From a virus, in IMG/VR virus record IMGVR_UViG_3300044613_002638, positions 43,448-107,447 of that record: DNA of 64,000 bases; one strand, 5' to 3'. Shown piece after piece: positions 30,801 through 40,932 of this stretch. The position numbers and the translations under genes are program-made. The first letter of the stretch is position 1. Each line of letters starts with the position of its first letter. Below the pieces are notes generated by a model. The model was not told the DNA's origin. It made no database searches and saw only the letters and a list, made by a program, of their open reading frames with translations.

Positions 30801-31809
30801 AGGAAATTACGTCGACTACCACGCATTGTTTGCAAAAAGAGTATCTAATTCAGGTACAACCAGCTACGAAGGCTTCATAAACATAACCACTGGCGCATTA
30901 GCATATTACAACGGCACTATCTACGCCTCTTCTGGTATAGTTCCTCGTTTTGCGTGGTCGCATTGTGCGTGGTCTCATAACGGAACAACGCTTAAAATGT
31001 TCCTTAATGGTGCCGAAGTGTTTAGCCAAAATATTGCTGTTGTTGAACAAAATGTACCGTTGTATATTGGTGGACTTTTGGGCTATGCAGGAGAAAATTT
31101 CAACGGATATATGGCAGATTTCAGGATAGTTAAAGGTACTGCCGTCTATACCTCCTCTTTTACTCCACCAACTGCGCCATTGACTAACATCGCTAACACT
31201 CAACTTCTCTTAAACTTTACTAATGCCGGAATTGTGGACGTCACCGCCAAGAATGCACTTGAGGCAGTAGGGGGTGCAAGAGTTTCTAGAGTACAAAGCA
31301 AATTTGGTGGTAGTTCATTGGCGTTTGATGGAACGGGGGATTACCTAGCGTTGCCTAACTCTGTCAACCTAGATCAAACAGGTGATTTCACTCAAGAGTG
31401 CTGGTATTACAGAAGTGGCGCAGGAGATGGCAACTTAGATGTCATATTCATTAAGAACGTTACAAACTACCTATATCTTGCCGTTGATAGAAACAGCTTA
31501 AACAAAGTCGTTGTCAACCAACACAATGTTGGTAGCTTAATAACCGGCACAACGCAAACGGTAACTAATACTTGGTATCACTTGGCGGTCACAAGAAGTG
31601 GGAGCAGCGTCAGGCTATTTGTGAATGGTACTCAAGAAGGATCAACAACAACCTATTCAACCAATACAAGTGGTAGTGCTGCTTCTTATGCTGGCGGCTT
31701 CCCTGCTGCTCATGGTCTTAACGGTTACATAGACGACCTACGCATCACCCGTTTCGCCCGTTACACCGCTAACTTTACACCACCCACAGCTACTTTCAAA
31801 TTAAGATAA
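27889..31809 (+). CDS. Cassette 4 tip: Ig-like domains plus multiple LamG/ConA-like lectin domains
   Basis: N-terminal IPT/Ig-like (VRVTGTGF...I.A.IPA...G.Y); about five LamG units; C-terminus similar to 22145. Confidence 0.85.
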   Translation: MGIRKASAQTAVNRGTLAAAAVTVNQITIAPATATSVAGGGSLGGVTISNVAITDSTFANVLSGDTAISSAGGFVRVTGTGFKTNANVFFGNTLCANTFINSTQINANIPASSNGSYQFTVFNTDGTGGIWVPGLAVSGPPAWTQTTYSATSLTLNIQLLASGDAPLTYYIQPGSANPQNLAVSTSGLLTGTVPTDGSYDLTVIVDDAQAQSVQATISIAVSTFDTYFNLTTLALPADTGANVWIRDSSTNDFNLTVNGDARPSKVSPYLANWSNFFDGNGDRIQIANTSALDFGTGDFTIECWVYSVASLTSYSLEYAHLLGKGNGNGGGTYALSFYQSKIYFAGIPLQGATTLSAGVWYHFAATRSGSTFRLFVNGVQDATTTNSTNFTSSESFNIGDRRNGDPSANYPFNGYISNVRVVKGTALYTSNFTPSTTPLTAVANTQLLTCQSNRFRDNSTNAFAVTVEGNTTVQTFAPFIETDQNIGSGYFDGTGDFISLTNSAPVNFGSSNFTVEFWVYPTKLGAAMVFFSTKADSTQTGDVDIRTDYIGATTTTFYVSGGGGSITTTFTGCFINQWTHIALARNGATVTLYFNGTVAASTSGGTQGTSNLAGIRIGGGSGLPAAGYESTTGYIADFRIINGSTAYTGAFTPPSISLTAVANTSFLSLQYPQGENNQRFVDQSTNRFVINRNGSNTTQGTFSPFSQTGWSNFFDGSGDFLSWNSGSSVAFGTGDFTVEAFVYVTSTPNTKYIIDARDSSNTGAWAFAFGLGGIGYKLGFFDGTTTIEEATASIPNNSWQHCVAVRSGTTLSVYLNGSRVATATNSKNLNVSPTTSYIGTRYTGSGYDLEGYISNVRIIKGTAAYDPTQTTITVPTAQLTDVTNTVLLTCASNRFFDKNTQATAKTITVAGGTPSVQAFSPFASAAEYNAAAVGGSGYFNGIDSNELWVSNNTGLNLASAAWTAECWVYLIGNYVDYHALFAKRVSNSGTTSYEGFINITTGALAYYNGTIYASSGIVPRFAWSHCAWSHNGTTLKMFLNGAEVFSQNIAVVEQNVPLYIGGLLGYAGENFNGYMADFRIVKGTAVYTSSFTPPTAPLTNIANTQLLLNFTNAGIVDVTAKNALEAVGGARVSRVQSKFGGSSLAFDGTGDYLALPNSVNLDQTGDFTQECWYYRSGAGDGNLDVIFIKNVTNYLYLAVDRNSLNKVVVNQHNVGSLITGTTQTVTNTWYHLAVTRSGSSVRLFVNGTQEGSTTTYSTNTSGSAASYAGGFPAAHGLNGYIDDLRITRFARYTANFTPPTATFKLR

Positions 31810-31829
31810 GTATGTAAAAAGGTCAAACG

Positions 31830-32360
31830 ATGTCATTTCCAACCAATCCTGCTAACGGCCAAACCACTACAGTAAATGGTATCACTTACATTTACAATCA
31901 AACAAATAATGCTTGGAAGAGACAAACATTAACAGATATTGTTACCACTGGTAATATCACTGCGTCATATTTCACCCTTCTTTCGGGTATTAATTTTTCT
32001 GACAACAGCACAATTACATCTGCTGCTGTGTATGATCTTGACGAAATCTATCCTGATGGTACAATTAATACATTCGTTCCTAGGTATAATCAAAGTCAGG
32101 TCACATTAACCAGTCCTTGGAATTTACTGGTAACAATAAACGGCATTTTTCAGCCGGCGTTTGCTGAAAACTCGGATACGGTTTGGTTGAGCTCAACACT
32201 TTGCGCCAGTAGGGGCTATACCATATCCTCGGGCAATATAAAATTTGCAGATTCACCCCCGGCTGGAACTGTAGTTAATGCCCGGACTCAACCAGGCTCT
32301 AGTAATCCTACCCTAAAAATATACCCATTCAAACCAGTTGATATTGTGTTGGGTATGTAA
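31830..32360 (+). CDS. Cassette 5 anchor (MSFPTNPANGQ)
   Basis: FPxxPxNG N-terminus; VTINGIFQP...I.F...PP module; ends PVDIVLGM. Confidence 0.7.
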   Translation: MSFPTNPANGQTTTVNGITYIYNQTNNAWKRQTLTDIVTTGNITASYFTLLSGINFSDNSTITSAAVYDLDEIYPDGTINTFVPRYNQSQVTLTSPWNLLVTINGIFQPAFAENSDTVWLSSTLCASRGYTISSGNIKFADSPPAGTVVNARTQPGSSNPTLKIYPFKPVDIVLGM

Positions 32361-32390
32361 CAGCTAAATAAGGTATATATCGGAGCAACC

Positions 32391-35300
32391 ATGGCTAGAA
32401 AAGCGATTTTAGACACTTATTATACATTTATACCAAGTACAAGAACTATTATTATACCTAGATCTTTACCTAGAGAGCGTTTTGTACTGATTACCAATGT
32501 AACTACAAATCAAGTAATTTTTAATTTTTCAGATGCTAGTTTAACAATTACCGGTCATAGCATTACTACTGATGCTGTGAACAATACCATAACCACTATT
32601 GTGTTGGCATATAACACTAGCGGCATGACCAGCACCGACAAACTGCAAATTATCATTGACGAATTTGACGAAAGTTTTAAACCTTCAGAATTATACACAG
32701 ATCCTGTAAACAAATTTAGAACAAGTACACCGCAGGCATTAATTGATACTGACTTTGAATATAGCACACAAGCTACTAAATGGGAAAGTCTTGGTTTAAC
32801 TAACAATCGTCCGTTTGCATCATGGAATACAAATAACCCAATTACCATCACTGGTGTTAATGTTACCAATGGTTCTAGAACAGTCACAGTACTAACTTCC
32901 AGTCCACCGGCTGCAGGAACACCAGTTTTTATTGTTGACACACTATTCGCAGGTGCAGATGGTTTATACATCATTGACAGTATTAGTGCTGGAACCAGTT
33001 TTTCATACACAGCTCGCAGTGCATTCACTGGTGTGACTGGTTCAATTTTTGTCAGCGGTGTCACTGCTGCATACAGCGGAACTTTGTTTAGTAATGCCGC
33101 TATCACTTTTAGCAGCATTGGGTTTAGTGGTAACTTGGTTAACGTAGTGACATCAGTGCCACATGGTTTAGCAGTTGGCAACGAAATAGCAGTGTCTGGC
33201 ACCAACCAGACTAACGCAAACGGATCATGGGTTGTATCAGGTGTAGGAAATAGTTTTTCTTTCAGTTATTATACAGTCAACGCTCCGGCTGGTAATCCCA
33301 CTGGTGGCAATGTTTATGTAAGACCCCAAGGTGCTTTCCAACATCGCGCCTATGACGGCGGTGTACAATTCAGTACATTTACCTCAAGTCATAACGAACA
33401 AATTATTAGACAAACTCGTAGATACTTCCGTTACCAGTCAGGTAAAGGTTTGCAAATGAGCACTGGCTCTACAATGAAGCCTAGTATTCAAGTTGACAGT
33501 ATTACAAGCAGCGGTACCACAGTCACAGTGATAACCAAACAAGCTCAGTTTGTACAACCAGGTTTAAACATAATTATAGCTGGCTGCAATGAAACAGCTT
33601 ACAATGGCAGTTTCACAGTGGTGCAAAGCTTAGATAGATATAGATTTACATATACTGCTGCAAGTACGCCAAGCAGCGCCATCGCTACTGGTTTTCCGCA
33701 ATTGACTGTGAATAATTGGGTAGGAGCAAGTATTAGACTAGGAATGTTTGACGATCAAAACGGATTGTTCTTTGAATTTGATGGTCAGCAATTATACGCA
33801 GTCAAAAGAAGCTCTACGTATCAAATTGGTTCATTGGGGAATGTGGCAGTAGGAGGTGCAGTGGTATCTGCAGCTACTAACAATGGTGCTACCCCCATTT
33901 TTGCTAAACAGCTGAGTCCAAATGACTTCATTAATATCAAAGGTATGACCTATCGTGTGGTTGATATTACATCAGATTCCAGTTTTACAATCACACCACC
34001 ATATCGTGGTTTGATAGCAGCTAACAATGCAGTAATTACAAAAACTATAGATCAAAGAATCTCACAAAGTCAATGGAACATTGATCGAGTTGATGGTACT
34101 GGGCCTAGCGGATACAGATTAGATCTAGGTCGTATGCAGATGTTTTATATTGATTATTCCTGGTACGGTGCAGGATTTATCCGTTGGGGTTTCCGTGGCA
34201 CCAATGGAGATATCATATACTGCCACAAACAAGCCAATAACAATATAAACTATGAAGCTTACATGCGTTCAGGTAACTTGCCAGGTAGATATGAAGTCAA
34301 TACCCTAAGTAAGTATACAATATTGTCTTCTAGTCTAGGAACTGGCGATGCTACTATAAATGTAGCAGATCATTTAGAGTTTCCTGCTGCAGGCACCTTA
34401 TGGGTGCATAACCAGACCGCAAGTGAATTTGTTACATATACAGGAAAAAGTGGTGCAGCATTATTAAGTTTTAATCTTACTTCAGGCAGTACCACAATAA
34501 CTGGCACTAATACTACCGGAATTTCTACAGGACAATATGTAGTTGCCAATGGTATCCCGTCGGGAACTACTGTGCAAAGTGTGGTAACAAACACGTCAGT
34601 GACACTGAGTCAACCTGCCACATTTACCTCTACACAAACAGTTACATTTGGTCCAACCTTCACTGGATTAACTAGAGGCAGTCCAGGTGTAACACAAACT
34701 GTAGTTCAAACTGCCAACAGCGCAGTTGTGACAGCAAGTAACACAATTAATGTAAGAGTTGGACAGTATGTAGTAGGTACTGGTATTCCTGCAGACACGT
34801 TTGTAGCTAGTGTTTCCACAAACACAAGTGTCACATTGACCGAGGCAGCAACTTCGTCGACTACGCAAGCAATGATTTTTAGCACAATGGGAACCGGTGG
34901 TCCACAGAGCTTTACCTATAGTAACACAGCTCCGGTGGCAGTAGAACTACACAGTCCCAGCTTTAGTCCTACTATCAGTCACTGGGGTACTAGTGTTATC
35001 ATGGACGGCCGTTATGATGATGATAAATCATTTGTGTTTACCCAAGGTATGACGTCTACCCTTGCCATTGCGTCAGGAGCTACGAATGCTTTACTAAGCT
35101 TTAGAATTGCTCCTAGTGTGAGTAATGGTTTGGCCGGTGGCACACTAGGTTCTAGAGAACTTATAAATCGTATGCAGATGGTTTTACGACAGTTGGACTT
35201 TACAAGCACTGGCCAATTCTTGGTGACACTTGTTCTAAATGGCTTTGCAGGCAATGGCTCGGTCAGCTGGCAGTCAGTGGGTGGTTCTAGCTTGGCCCAA

Positions 35301-35576
35301 TATGTGCCTCATCAAGGAGGCACAACCCTAACCGGCGGTGAAACAATTTATGGATTTTATCTAAATACAGCCGGTGGTTCTAACTTTACAACTACACAGC
35401 AAGAATTAGAGTTGGTAAGAGATATGGGATCAAGCATACTAGGTGGTGGAGAATCTAGGAGCAATACTGCGTTTTACCCCAATGGTCCAGATATCATTAC
35501 CATCATGGTTCGTAATATTGGATCATCAACCGCGTCATGTGCGTGTCGACTGTCATGGACTGAGGCGCAAGCATAA
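32391..35576 (+). CDS. Large beta-rich virion appendage protein
   Basis: 1061 aa; RQTRRYFRYQSGKG, IDYSWYGAGFIRWG; repeated HGL..G..I...G.....NG.W/F and GQYVVxxGIP modules; TAAATA at 32365-32370. Confidence 0.7.
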   Translation: MARKAILDTYYTFIPSTRTIIIPRSLPRERFVLITNVTTNQVIFNFSDASLTITGHSITTDAVNNTITTIVLAYNTSGMTSTDKLQIIIDEFDESFKPSELYTDPVNKFRTSTPQALIDTDFEYSTQATKWESLGLTNNRPFASWNTNNPITITGVNVTNGSRTVTVLTSSPPAAGTPVFIVDTLFAGADGLYIIDSISAGTSFSYTARSAFTGVTGSIFVSGVTAAYSGTLFSNAAITFSSIGFSGNLVNVVTSVPHGLAVGNEIAVSGTNQTNANGSWVVSGVGNSFSFSYYTVNAPAGNPTGGNVYVRPQGAFQHRAYDGGVQFSTFTSSHNEQIIRQTRRYFRYQSGKGLQMSTGSTMKPSIQVDSITSSGTTVTVITKQAQFVQPGLNIIIAGCNETAYNGSFTVVQSLDRYRFTYTAASTPSSAIATGFPQLTVNNWVGASIRLGMFDDQNGLFFEFDGQQLYAVKRSSTYQIGSLGNVAVGGAVVSAATNNGATPIFAKQLSPNDFINIKGMTYRVVDITSDSSFTITPPYRGLIAANNAVITKTIDQRISQSQWNIDRVDGTGPSGYRLDLGRMQMFYIDYSWYGAGFIRWGFRGTNGDIIYCHKQANNNINYEAYMRSGNLPGRYEVNTLSKYTILSSSLGTGDATINVADHLEFPAAGTLWVHNQTASEFVTYTGKSGAALLSFNLTSGSTTITGTNTTGISTGQYVVANGIPSGTTVQSVVTNTSVTLSQPATFTSTQTVTFGPTFTGLTRGSPGVTQTVVQTANSAVVTASNTINVRVGQYVVGTGIPADTFVASVSTNTSVTLTEAATSSTTQAMIFSTMGTGGPQSFTYSNTAPVAVELHSPSFSPTISHWGTSVIMDGRYDDDKSFVFTQGMTSTLAIASGATNALLSFRIAPSVSNGLAGGTLGSRELINRMQMVLRQLDFTSTGQFLVTLVLNGFAGNGSVSWQSVGGSSLAQYVPHQGGTTLTGGETIYGFYLNTAGGSNFTTTQQELELVRDMGSSILGGGESRSNTAFYPNGPDIITIMVRNIGSSTASCACRLSWTEAQA

Positions 35577-36187
35577 TGCTTAATTCGCAGTCTTTTCCGA
35601 TCCTGCCAATTGGGACTGAATCGACAAATTATTACCTATCATTGCAACCTAGTATATCGGGGAGAAGCACAAATCAATATGTTTCAAGTGCGCTCTCCTT
35701 CGTTCCTGGTTCTGGCACCTTTACGGCGCCAACAGTTAATATACTTTCTCAAACTATCAGTATCAATAGTAATACCGGGGCGTTGGTAGTCAAGGGCGGA
35801 GTTGGCATAAATGGAAATCTAAATTTAACAGGAACTGCTTTTATAGGTAATGTGTCTGCTACAAATACTGTGGTGTTTCCTACTGAATTCAATAACAGCA
35901 TTTCAGGACCTGTGTTTACTATTGATTGGCGAAATAGACAAAAACAAAATCTAACCCTTACTGCAAACTGTGTTTTATCATACACTGCTCCAATTGGTGT
36001 AGGTAATTTTATTTTAAAATTAATTCAAGATGGTACCGGAGGTAGATTTGTAACCTGGCCCACAGGAACACGCTGGCCAGGGGCAGTGGCACCAACACTA
36101 ACTACAACACCAAATGCTGTAGATATTGTGAGCATTTATTATGATGGCACAAACTATTATTCTCAATTTGGTTTAAACTTTGGTTAA
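35576..36187 (+). CDS. Short fibre/tip protein
   Basis: GALVVKGGVGI shaft motif; C-terminal IDW....Q..TLTAN...LIQDGTGGR.VTWP....W.G..AP.LTT..NAVDI domain. Confidence 0.7.
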   Translation: MLNSQSFPILPIGTESTNYYLSLQPSISGRSTNQYVSSALSFVPGSGTFTAPTVNILSQTISINSNTGALVVKGGVGINGNLNLTGTAFIGNVSATNTVVFPTEFNNSISGPVFTIDWRNRQKQNLTLTANCVLSYTAPIGVGNFILKLIQDGTGGRFVTWPTGTRWPGAVAPTLTTTPNAVDIVSIYYDGTNYYSQFGLNFG

Positions 36188-36730
36188 ATGTCCTATCGCA
36201 CCTTACCAGACAGTCTTGTTGTAGATCCAATAACCTCAAATAGCTATGTGCTCACCTACGGATTTTATAACACATCCACTGACGTAAGCACACTAGTTGC
36301 CAATATCACAGCAACTATTAATGAATATATATTTGCAAACAGTTCTGCCAACGTGCGAGTTTACTCTGTTTTACAAATATCCCGATTTGCAACAATAGGA
36401 GATGCACAAGAAGGGCCACCGCCTACATATACCTATCAACTTACTCCTAACATTTCATTGAATTTTGGCGCTACTTCTGTTTCGCTATATAATTCGTTGT
36501 CTTCTACTATAGTGGCCGGCGGGGCCAGTGGCGTGTACAGCAATGGATCAATAGTGGTTGATACTTTTGTTAGCACCACTTTGCCGCTTGGTTTTAGATA
36601 TAATACTTGGGCATTGACTGCAACCATAACAACGGCAATAGTAGAACCTGTGCAGACTTTTGCTAACACTGCCACAAGATTAGTGAATTTACAAGGACCC
36701 AACGCAATTTATTTTGGCATGAATTTCTAA
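36188..36730 (+). CDS. Hypothetical S/T-rich virion protein
   Basis: Abuts upstream gene; composition like the fibre proteins; ends YFGMNF. Confidence 0.6.
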   Translation: MSYRTLPDSLVVDPITSNSYVLTYGFYNTSTDVSTLVANITATINEYIFANSSANVRVYSVLQISRFATIGDAQEGPPPTYTYQLTPNISLNFGATSVSLYNSLSSTIVAGGASGVYSNGSIVVDTFVSTTLPLGFRYNTWALTATITTAIVEPVQTFANTATRLVNLQGPNAIYFGMNF

Positions 36731-36735
36731 AACAA

Positions 36736-37767
36736 ATGGACCCAACCACCAAAGTTTATACACTTTACGAAAAAGAAACACTACGCATTTTACAATTTTT
36801 TCAACCTAATGTCCCTCCTGTAACACCTGAGCAATATTTTGAGGAAAGATTACGTTGCGATCCAGAATGTATAGGACGACCTGCAGATCAATTTGATGTC
36901 ATTGTAGATGAACGATCGGCGTTTGAATCTGCAATGAAGGAAGCAGAAAATTATATTATAAGTGTTGATCCTGGTAAAAAAAGATTAGTATATAATCTAT
37001 TCAAACTAGTAATTAAAAATAAAACCTATAATACCCAAAGTATTAAACGAATGTTTTCATTTGAAGAAATTAAAAAAATGTATTACGAAGACTATATAAA
37101 TTTTAATATGAAAAATTTTATTCGGTCAAAAAATCTTGTGGTTAAGTTTAATTATCTATCAGATTTGAAATTGCGTAGTCATATGTTCAACAAAAATTGG
37201 AAATATTTTCATTATGATCCGTTTTTGGTAGATTCTCACAGCGATAAAACTGTACTGGGTCGGGATATTTTACAAAATGGTACATACTATCCATTAGTAG
37301 TTGGACCCTTAATTGAAGATAAACCAAATGAGAAATATGTGTTTGAAGGTAATCATAGAGCTGCCTCGTTGAAGTTGCTTCAAATGGAAGGTCTGGTACC
37401 GGAAGATTATAAAATCTGTTGTATAGAATACAAACAAAATTATGAAATGACACAGCACAGAATGCGTTATCAAAGTTTACAAACTCCGTTTCAAATTCGT
37501 GGAATAATAGAATTAGTGTACGGTAATGTGATTTTAGTTGACGACTTAAAATATCAAGCAGCTTTGAAATCTTTGCAAGAGGATGGAGGGCGAATGGTTG
37601 ATGATTACACTATAGAATGGACCGGTTGCACTTATGATGATATTTTGTTTGCTTGTCAAACTTATCCTCATTGGCTACGAGATTTATTGTATCCGTATAA
37701 ATCTAGCATTTTACCTAGCCCAGTATTCAATAACGAGAACGCATTCAATGAGTGGATAAATGAATGA
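36736..37767 (+). CDS. ParB/sulfiredoxin-fold domain protein
   Basis: LGRDIL.NG.YYPLVV...YVFEGNHRAASL matches the ParB-N GxHR motif. Confidence 0.6.
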   Translation: MDPTTKVYTLYEKETLRILQFFQPNVPPVTPEQYFEERLRCDPECIGRPADQFDVIVDERSAFESAMKEAENYIISVDPGKKRLVYNLFKLVIKNKTYNTQSIKRMFSFEEIKKMYYEDYINFNMKNFIRSKNLVVKFNYLSDLKLRSHMFNKNWKYFHYDPFLVDSHSDKTVLGRDILQNGTYYPLVVGPLIEDKPNEKYVFEGNHRAASLKLLQMEGLVPEDYKICCIEYKQNYEMTQHRMRYQSLQTPFQIRGIIELVYGNVILVDDLKYQAALKSLQEDGGRMVDDYTIEWTGCTYDDILFACQTYPHWLRDLLYPYKSSILPSPVFNNENAFNEWINE

Positions 37768-38755
37768 GCTCAGACACATAAGGCGAGTAGACATAGAATT
37801 ACATAGTTTTTGTAATAGAACTTGTGATTGGTGTCCTAACAAAACCTATTTACGAAACAAACAAGTTGTAATGGAAGATTGGTTGTTCTCTAAAATTCTT
37901 AGAGAACTAAACGAGTTTGGGTTTGGTCAGGATAGACAATTCGTCAACCGTAGAACAAGTGCTAGTACATTCAAAAATTATTATAGAGATTTTACAGAAA
38001 ATCAACCAGTAGTTAGCTTCTTGGGTTATATGGAGCCAATGAGCGATATTAAACTACTAAAAAAAAGAGTCAATGAAGCAAGTGAAACTTTAAATAATTT
38101 TGTTGAATTGGTATCAAACACTAGCGGCGATTATATTTCTAAAAAAAACTTAGACGGATTACTCTTGACTACTTTAAACATTATGGACTACGATTGCCAA
38201 GGCAGAGAATTTTGGGAACATAAGTTAAAAGAAGCAGGTTGTCTGATTATAGATGACGAAAATATAGGGTATAACGGAGTGATAGCTTTACATAAAACAA
38301 TTGGCAATATTAGAGTTCAACTTGATTGGCCAAAAAATTGGCTCCTGGAAAATAGAGGTGGTGCAATTTCACGCGACGAACAATCATTGGTACAAATGAA
38401 TTGGAAAAATAATGCGGTTGAAAGAAAAGTACCATGCGTAGAACCTAGTTATTTTATAAACATTACATATGATGGTAACGTAATGCCATGTTGCCATCTA
38501 AGATCTGACATTCCAATGCATAAAGATTATATTCTAGGTAATCTTAGAGATCAAACTTTGAATGAAATATTTTATGGCGAGAAAGCAGTGTCTTTTAGAG
38601 AGTCGTTGACTAAAGAAAACGGGTTTTATCCTAAACCATGTACAAACTGCCAGAAAATAAGAAACGGAGTTTGCACAGGATCGCCCAATGGCTTTGACTA
38701 TATAGGTCAAAGATACGCTAATAATGAAATAAATGAAAACATTTTTTTTACATGA
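37760..38755 (+). CDS. Radical SAM protein with SPASM/Twitch domain
   Basis: CNRTCDWC; C-terminal CVEP...DGNVMPCC...LGNL....L.EI...CTNC. Confidence 0.9.
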   Translation: MNELRHIRRVDIELHSFCNRTCDWCPNKTYLRNKQVVMEDWLFSKILRELNEFGFGQDRQFVNRRTSASTFKNYYRDFTENQPVVSFLGYMEPMSDIKLLKKRVNEASETLNNFVELVSNTSGDYISKKNLDGLLLTTLNIMDYDCQGREFWEHKLKEAGCLIIDDENIGYNGVIALHKTIGNIRVQLDWPKNWLLENRGGAISRDEQSLVQMNWKNNAVERKVPCVEPSYFINITYDGNVMPCCHLRSDIPMHKDYILGNLRDQTLNEIFYGEKAVSFRESLTKENGFYPKPCTNCQKIRNGVCTGSPNGFDYIGQRYANNEINENIFFT

Positions 38756-39594
38756 TTAAATTAATAGAAATAGAAGTATACAATTACTGTAACAGGAAAT
38801 GTTCTTTTTGTCCTAATTCTTTACAGTCTAGTAGGCAAGATAGAAAAAATGTAAAAATTTTAGATTATTACAAATTTACTTCTTTGATAGATCAACTAAA
38901 AGAAATAAATTATTCCAACACAATCTCTTTTTCTAGATATAACGAACCCTTGGCTTTTTATGATTTAACAAAAAAATATGTTGACTATATCAAACAGAAT
39001 CTTGATTGTAAAATTGTGTCAAATACAAATGGAGATTATTTAAACATAGAAAATATTGAACTTTTTGATGAACTTACTATAATGGACTACGCAGGCAAAG
39101 GCAAGGAATGGTGGAAAAGAAAAGTAAAAAACTTGAATTTAAATTTTGTTGACAGCAAAAGCAGTGCTGAATTTTTATATTTTGAAACAATTAGCAAAAA
39201 AAATATTTTGATTTTCTTAAATTTTAAAAATAATGCCACTATAGAAGATAGAGGCGGAGTAATAAAATTAAATTCTCTCAAATATAAAAATAACGGCGAT
39301 CTTAGAACTAGACCTTGTTTTGAACCAAAAAAATTTTTAGGTATAGACTATGACGGATCGGTTATGATTTGTTGTAATATGAATAGCGAATTTCATAATG
39401 ATTATTCTATTGGAAATATATATAACATTACGCTAAATGAAATCTTAAACAGCGACAAAAGAAAACATTTTATAGATATTATGTCTAATGAAAATTATCA
39501 TAATTATTTGAATCCATGTAAAAATTGTCAAAAAGATCCAGGCAGATATACTAGAGATACCCCAGGGATTTTTTATCAAGGCGAAAGAAAATGA
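38752..39594 (+). CDS. Radical SAM protein with SPASM/Twitch domain (paralogue of 37760)
   Basis: CNRKCSFC; CFEP...DGSVMICC...IGNI...CKNC. Confidence 0.9.
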   Translation: MIKLIEIEVYNYCNRKCSFCPNSLQSSRQDRKNVKILDYYKFTSLIDQLKEINYSNTISFSRYNEPLAFYDLTKKYVDYIKQNLDCKIVSNTNGDYLNIENIELFDELTIMDYAGKGKEWWKRKVKNLNLNFVDSKSSAEFLYFETISKKNILIFLNFKNNATIEDRGGVIKLNSLKYKNNGDLRTRPCFEPKKFLGIDYDGSVMICCNMNSEFHNDYSIGNIYNITLNEILNSDKRKHFIDIMSNENYHNYLNPCKNCQKDPGRYTRDTPGIFYQGERK

Positions 39595-40244
39595 AACAAA
39601 TTGGAGTGTTTATTCCAGGTAGGTTAAGCAGCGAACGTTTACCTAATAAATTAATTTTACCGCTAGACAACACAAATTTATGGGAAATAGCCTGTGACAA
39701 GCTTAACAATCTTCCAACTCAATATAATAAATATGTTTTATGTTATGAAACAGAATTAATTAATATAGCGAAAAATTTTAAAAACATCAAGATTATAAAA
39801 AGAAGTAAGAAGACTGCCGAAGTTGATGGTCCGTTGACCTATATTTTTAAAGATTTAAAAACTACACAAGATTCACATTTAATGTTTCTAAACCCATGTT
39901 TGAGCCTACTTAAATTAGAAACCATACACCATGCTTTAGATGATTTTCGTGAATCACAATTTGATTATGCAACAAGTGTTAAAACTTATAAAAATTGGTT
40001 GTGGAATGTAAACAAAAAAATATTAACTGACATAGATTATAAAACGTTAAACACAAAATTAATAGGCGATTATTACCAAGCAGCTCATTGTTTTCATATC
40101 TTTAATAAAACTAAATTTTTTAAAACTGGAAAAATGCTGAGAAAAAATTTGCAACTCATTGAAGTGCAAGATAGTGAAACAATAGACGTAGACACAAATG
40201 AAGATTACCTCTACGTAAAATGGAGATTTACCAATGGGAAATAA
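39591..40244 (+). CDS. neuA: Acylneuraminate (CMP-nonulosonate) cytidylyltransferase family
   Basis: FIPGRLSSERLPNKLI N-terminal motif; IDVDT.EDY C-terminal motif. Confidence 0.8.
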   Translation: MKQIGVFIPGRLSSERLPNKLILPLDNTNLWEIACDKLNNLPTQYNKYVLCYETELINIAKNFKNIKIIKRSKKTAEVDGPLTYIFKDLKTTQDSHLMFLNPCLSLLKLETIHHALDDFRESQFDYATSVKTYKNWLWNVNKKILTDIDYKTLNTKLIGDYYQAAHCFHIFNKTKFFKTGKMLRKNLQLIEVQDSETIDVDTNEDYLYVKWRFTNGK

Positions 40245-40932
40245 ACAAGAAATATTAGCACAGTACGAGAGTAATAGAATAGAGTTTACTAATGTAGAAC
40301 TAACAAAACCATACCCTGCAATTTTTACAGATAATAATAGTTTACCTATAAAAAACTTTGGAACGCAATTCAGTGATGTAATTGAACCTTATGCTGAAGA
40401 AATACAAAATCAACTCAATGATCCTACAAAAGTTGTAATTAGACAGTTTTATGATAATAATGTTGTAAGGGCAACACTCAAAGATAATACCATAGTTAAT
40501 CCAATAGTAAATTACTTTGAAGAACTTTTTGGACGAAAAGCCAATAAAATATTAGTAAACAGAGGATACCCGTCGAGTGTGCCAAGTTATCAATCACTCA
40601 ATGATTGTGATCAAAATAATTATTGGTTAAGTCAATATTGGCATATAGCTAACTTTCCAAATGAATCATTATCTTTAGGCATTTATCTCAACGATGTTGA
40701 CATTGATGGCGGTCAAATTGAACATATTAAAAATCCAAATTATTATTTTTACAATCGATTTGTTGAAGGTAGAAGTTTAAGTAGAATTAGTAATTTAATA
40801 TTAGACGAAGATGATATAATATCAATTGTAGGACCAAAATTTACCACCTTTGCATTTGTGGCTAATTTTATACACCGAGGAACTTTTCCTCGCAATGGGC
40901 TAAGAGATTTTATTAGAATTAGATTTGATTAA
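40234..40932 (+). CDS. 2OG-Fe(II)/PhyH-like oxygenase fold protein
   Basis: WH....IYLNDVDIDGG....G...T.F.F....IHRG......R; HxD acid missing. Confidence 0.55.
   Translation: MGNKQEILAQYESNRIEFTNVELTKPYPAIFTDNNSLPIKNFGTQFSDVIEPYAEEIQNQLNDPTKVVIRQFYDNNVVRATLKDNTIVNPIVNYFEELFGRKANKILVNRGYPSSVPSYQSLNDCDQNNYWLSQYWHIANFPNESLSLGIYLNDVDIDGGQIEHIKNPNYYFYNRFVEGRSLSRISNLILDEDDIISIVGPKFTTFAFVANFIHRGTFPRNGLRDFIRIRFD

Noticed and set aside
22145-31809. Similar LamG segments as DGR template/variable repeats
   Set aside because: Differences are not adenine-specific, both copies are coding, and no reverse transcriptase is in the window
36736-37767. ParB-like gene as a partitioning system
   Set aside because: No ParA, HTH domain or parS repeats seen; context is enzymatic
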